A stretch of 64,000 nucleotides of DNA from an uncultured delta proteobacterium (GTDB lineage Bacteria > Myxococcota_A > Polyangia > Haliangiales > Haliangiaceae): assembly GCA_963848295.1 (NCBI GenBank), contig CAWKDB010000010.1, positions 2,208,001 through 2,272,000 of the forward strand. Direction: 5' to 3'. Shown here one piece after another: positions 63,123 through 64,000 of this stretch (within the stretch, counting starts at the first letter, position 1; every line of letters starts with the position of its first letter). The notes below the pieces were generated by a model. That model saw only the letters and a program-made list of their open reading frames with translations. It was not told where the DNA came from and searched no databases. The translations under genes and the position numbers were made by a program.

Positions 63123-64000
63123 TCAAGCGACTTCGGCCGCGACCGCGAGCACCTGCTCGCGCAGCCAGCGGTGGCGGTCGTCCGCGTGGTTGCGCTCGTG
63201 CCACGCGATCGCGATCTGGAACCGCGGGATCTCGACCGGAGGCGCCAGGCGCGCGATCCGGCGACGGTCGACGTGGCGGTCGACGATCCGACGAGGCAGC
63301 GTAGCGACGAGGTCGGTCGCCGCGACGATGCCCGGGACCGCGAGGAAGTGCGGCACCGCGATCGCGACGCGGCGCGACCGCCCGGCGACTGCCAGCGCAT
63401 CGTCGACAGTGCCGCCCGGCGTGCCGCGCGGCGACACGAACAGGTGGGAGAGCTCACAATAGCGCGCCAGCGTCAGCTTGCCCTTCGCGTACGGATGGCC
63501 GGCGCGCAACAGGCACGTGAACGACTCGTCGAACAGGACCTTCTCGTAGGTCCCGGCAGCGCGGGCCTTGCCGCGCGGCGGCGCGATCACGAGATCGATC
63601 ACACCGGTCGCGAGCTCCGGATCGCCCCAGTCCGCGAACGTGTGGATCCACAGGTCGATGCCGGGCGCGAGCCGGCCGAGCCGCTGCGCGAGCTGCGGCA
63701 ACAAGACCGCCTCGGCGTAGTCGCCGGCCCCGATATGGAACGCGTGGCGCGCGGAGGCCGGATCGAACGCGTCGCCGCGCAGCATCCCGGCGAGCTCGCC
63801 GAGCAGCTTGCGCACCTGCGGCGCTAGCCGGCTCGCGAGCGGCGTCGCGACCATCGCGCCGCCCGGCCCGCGCACGAGCAGCGGATCGTCGAGCAGATCG
63901 CGCAGGCGGGCGAGCGCATGACTCGCGGCCGATTGGGTGAGCCCGAGCCGAGCCGCCGCGCGGGTGACATGGCGCTCGACGAGCAGCGCATCGAGCGCGA
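63123..64000 (-). CDS. LysR-family transcriptional regulator (5' end outside the window)
   Basis: LDALLVERHVTRAA.RLGLTQSAASHALARLR..L.DPLLVR; W H.R...D..H.WLR C-terminus. Confidence 0.95.
   Translation of the reverse strand, partial: ALDALLVERHVTRAAARLGLTQSAASHALARLRDLLDDPLLVRGPGGAMVATPLASRLAPQVRKLLGELAGMLRGDAFDPASARHAFHIGAGDYAEAVLLPQLAQRLGRLAPGIDLWIHTFADWGDPELATGVIDLVIAPPRGKARAAGTYEKVLFDESFTCLLRAGHPYAKGKLTLARYCELSHLFVSPRGTPGGTVDDALAVAGRSRRVAIAVPHFLAVPGIVAATDLVATLPRRIVDRHVDRRRIARLAPPVEIPRFQIAIAWHERNHADDRHRWLREQVLAVAAEVA

Overview
A 64-kb, very GC-rich (about 70% by eye) bacterial chromosomal segment. Gene style points to Myxococcota (Kofleriaceae/Haliangiales-like); this is inferred from the Hanks kinase with PEGA domain, the many Cys-rich lipoproteins with DAA/DAG linkers, the vWA lipoprotein and the sigma54 regulation. 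It carries housekeeping genes (pntA partial, aat, sdhCAB, gluQ, greB, cardiolipin synthase, two PPIases, acyl-CoA dehydrogenase, SWIM-SNF2 helicase, KirBac channel, CNNM/TlyC transporter), a PafBC-like WYL pair, an ECF sigma/cupin anti-sigma pair, and many envelope proteins of unknown function. I found no rRNA, tRNA, CRISPR array, transposase or prophage. Most notable: (1) an apparently self-contained sigma54 circuit in which an activator with an NK..F..DE (cNMP-type) GAF domain is co-transcribed with an MBL-fold putative phosphodiesterase, behind a -24/-12 promoter and twin palindromes; (2) a sigma54 operon linking an unannotated small protein, comEA and a glycoside-hydrolase-like lipoprotein; (3) two distant beta-barrel genes with the same sigma54 promoter architecture; (4) a pervasive leaderless signature (TANNNT 6-7 nt before the start codon); (5) a symmetric nested inverted-repeat element at 31.5 kb. 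Three +1 frameshifts (sdhA, tlyC, greB) are probably sequencing errors. One in-frame amber stop sits at the centre of a perfect 18-bp palindrome. All family assignments come from motif recognition, not database searches.
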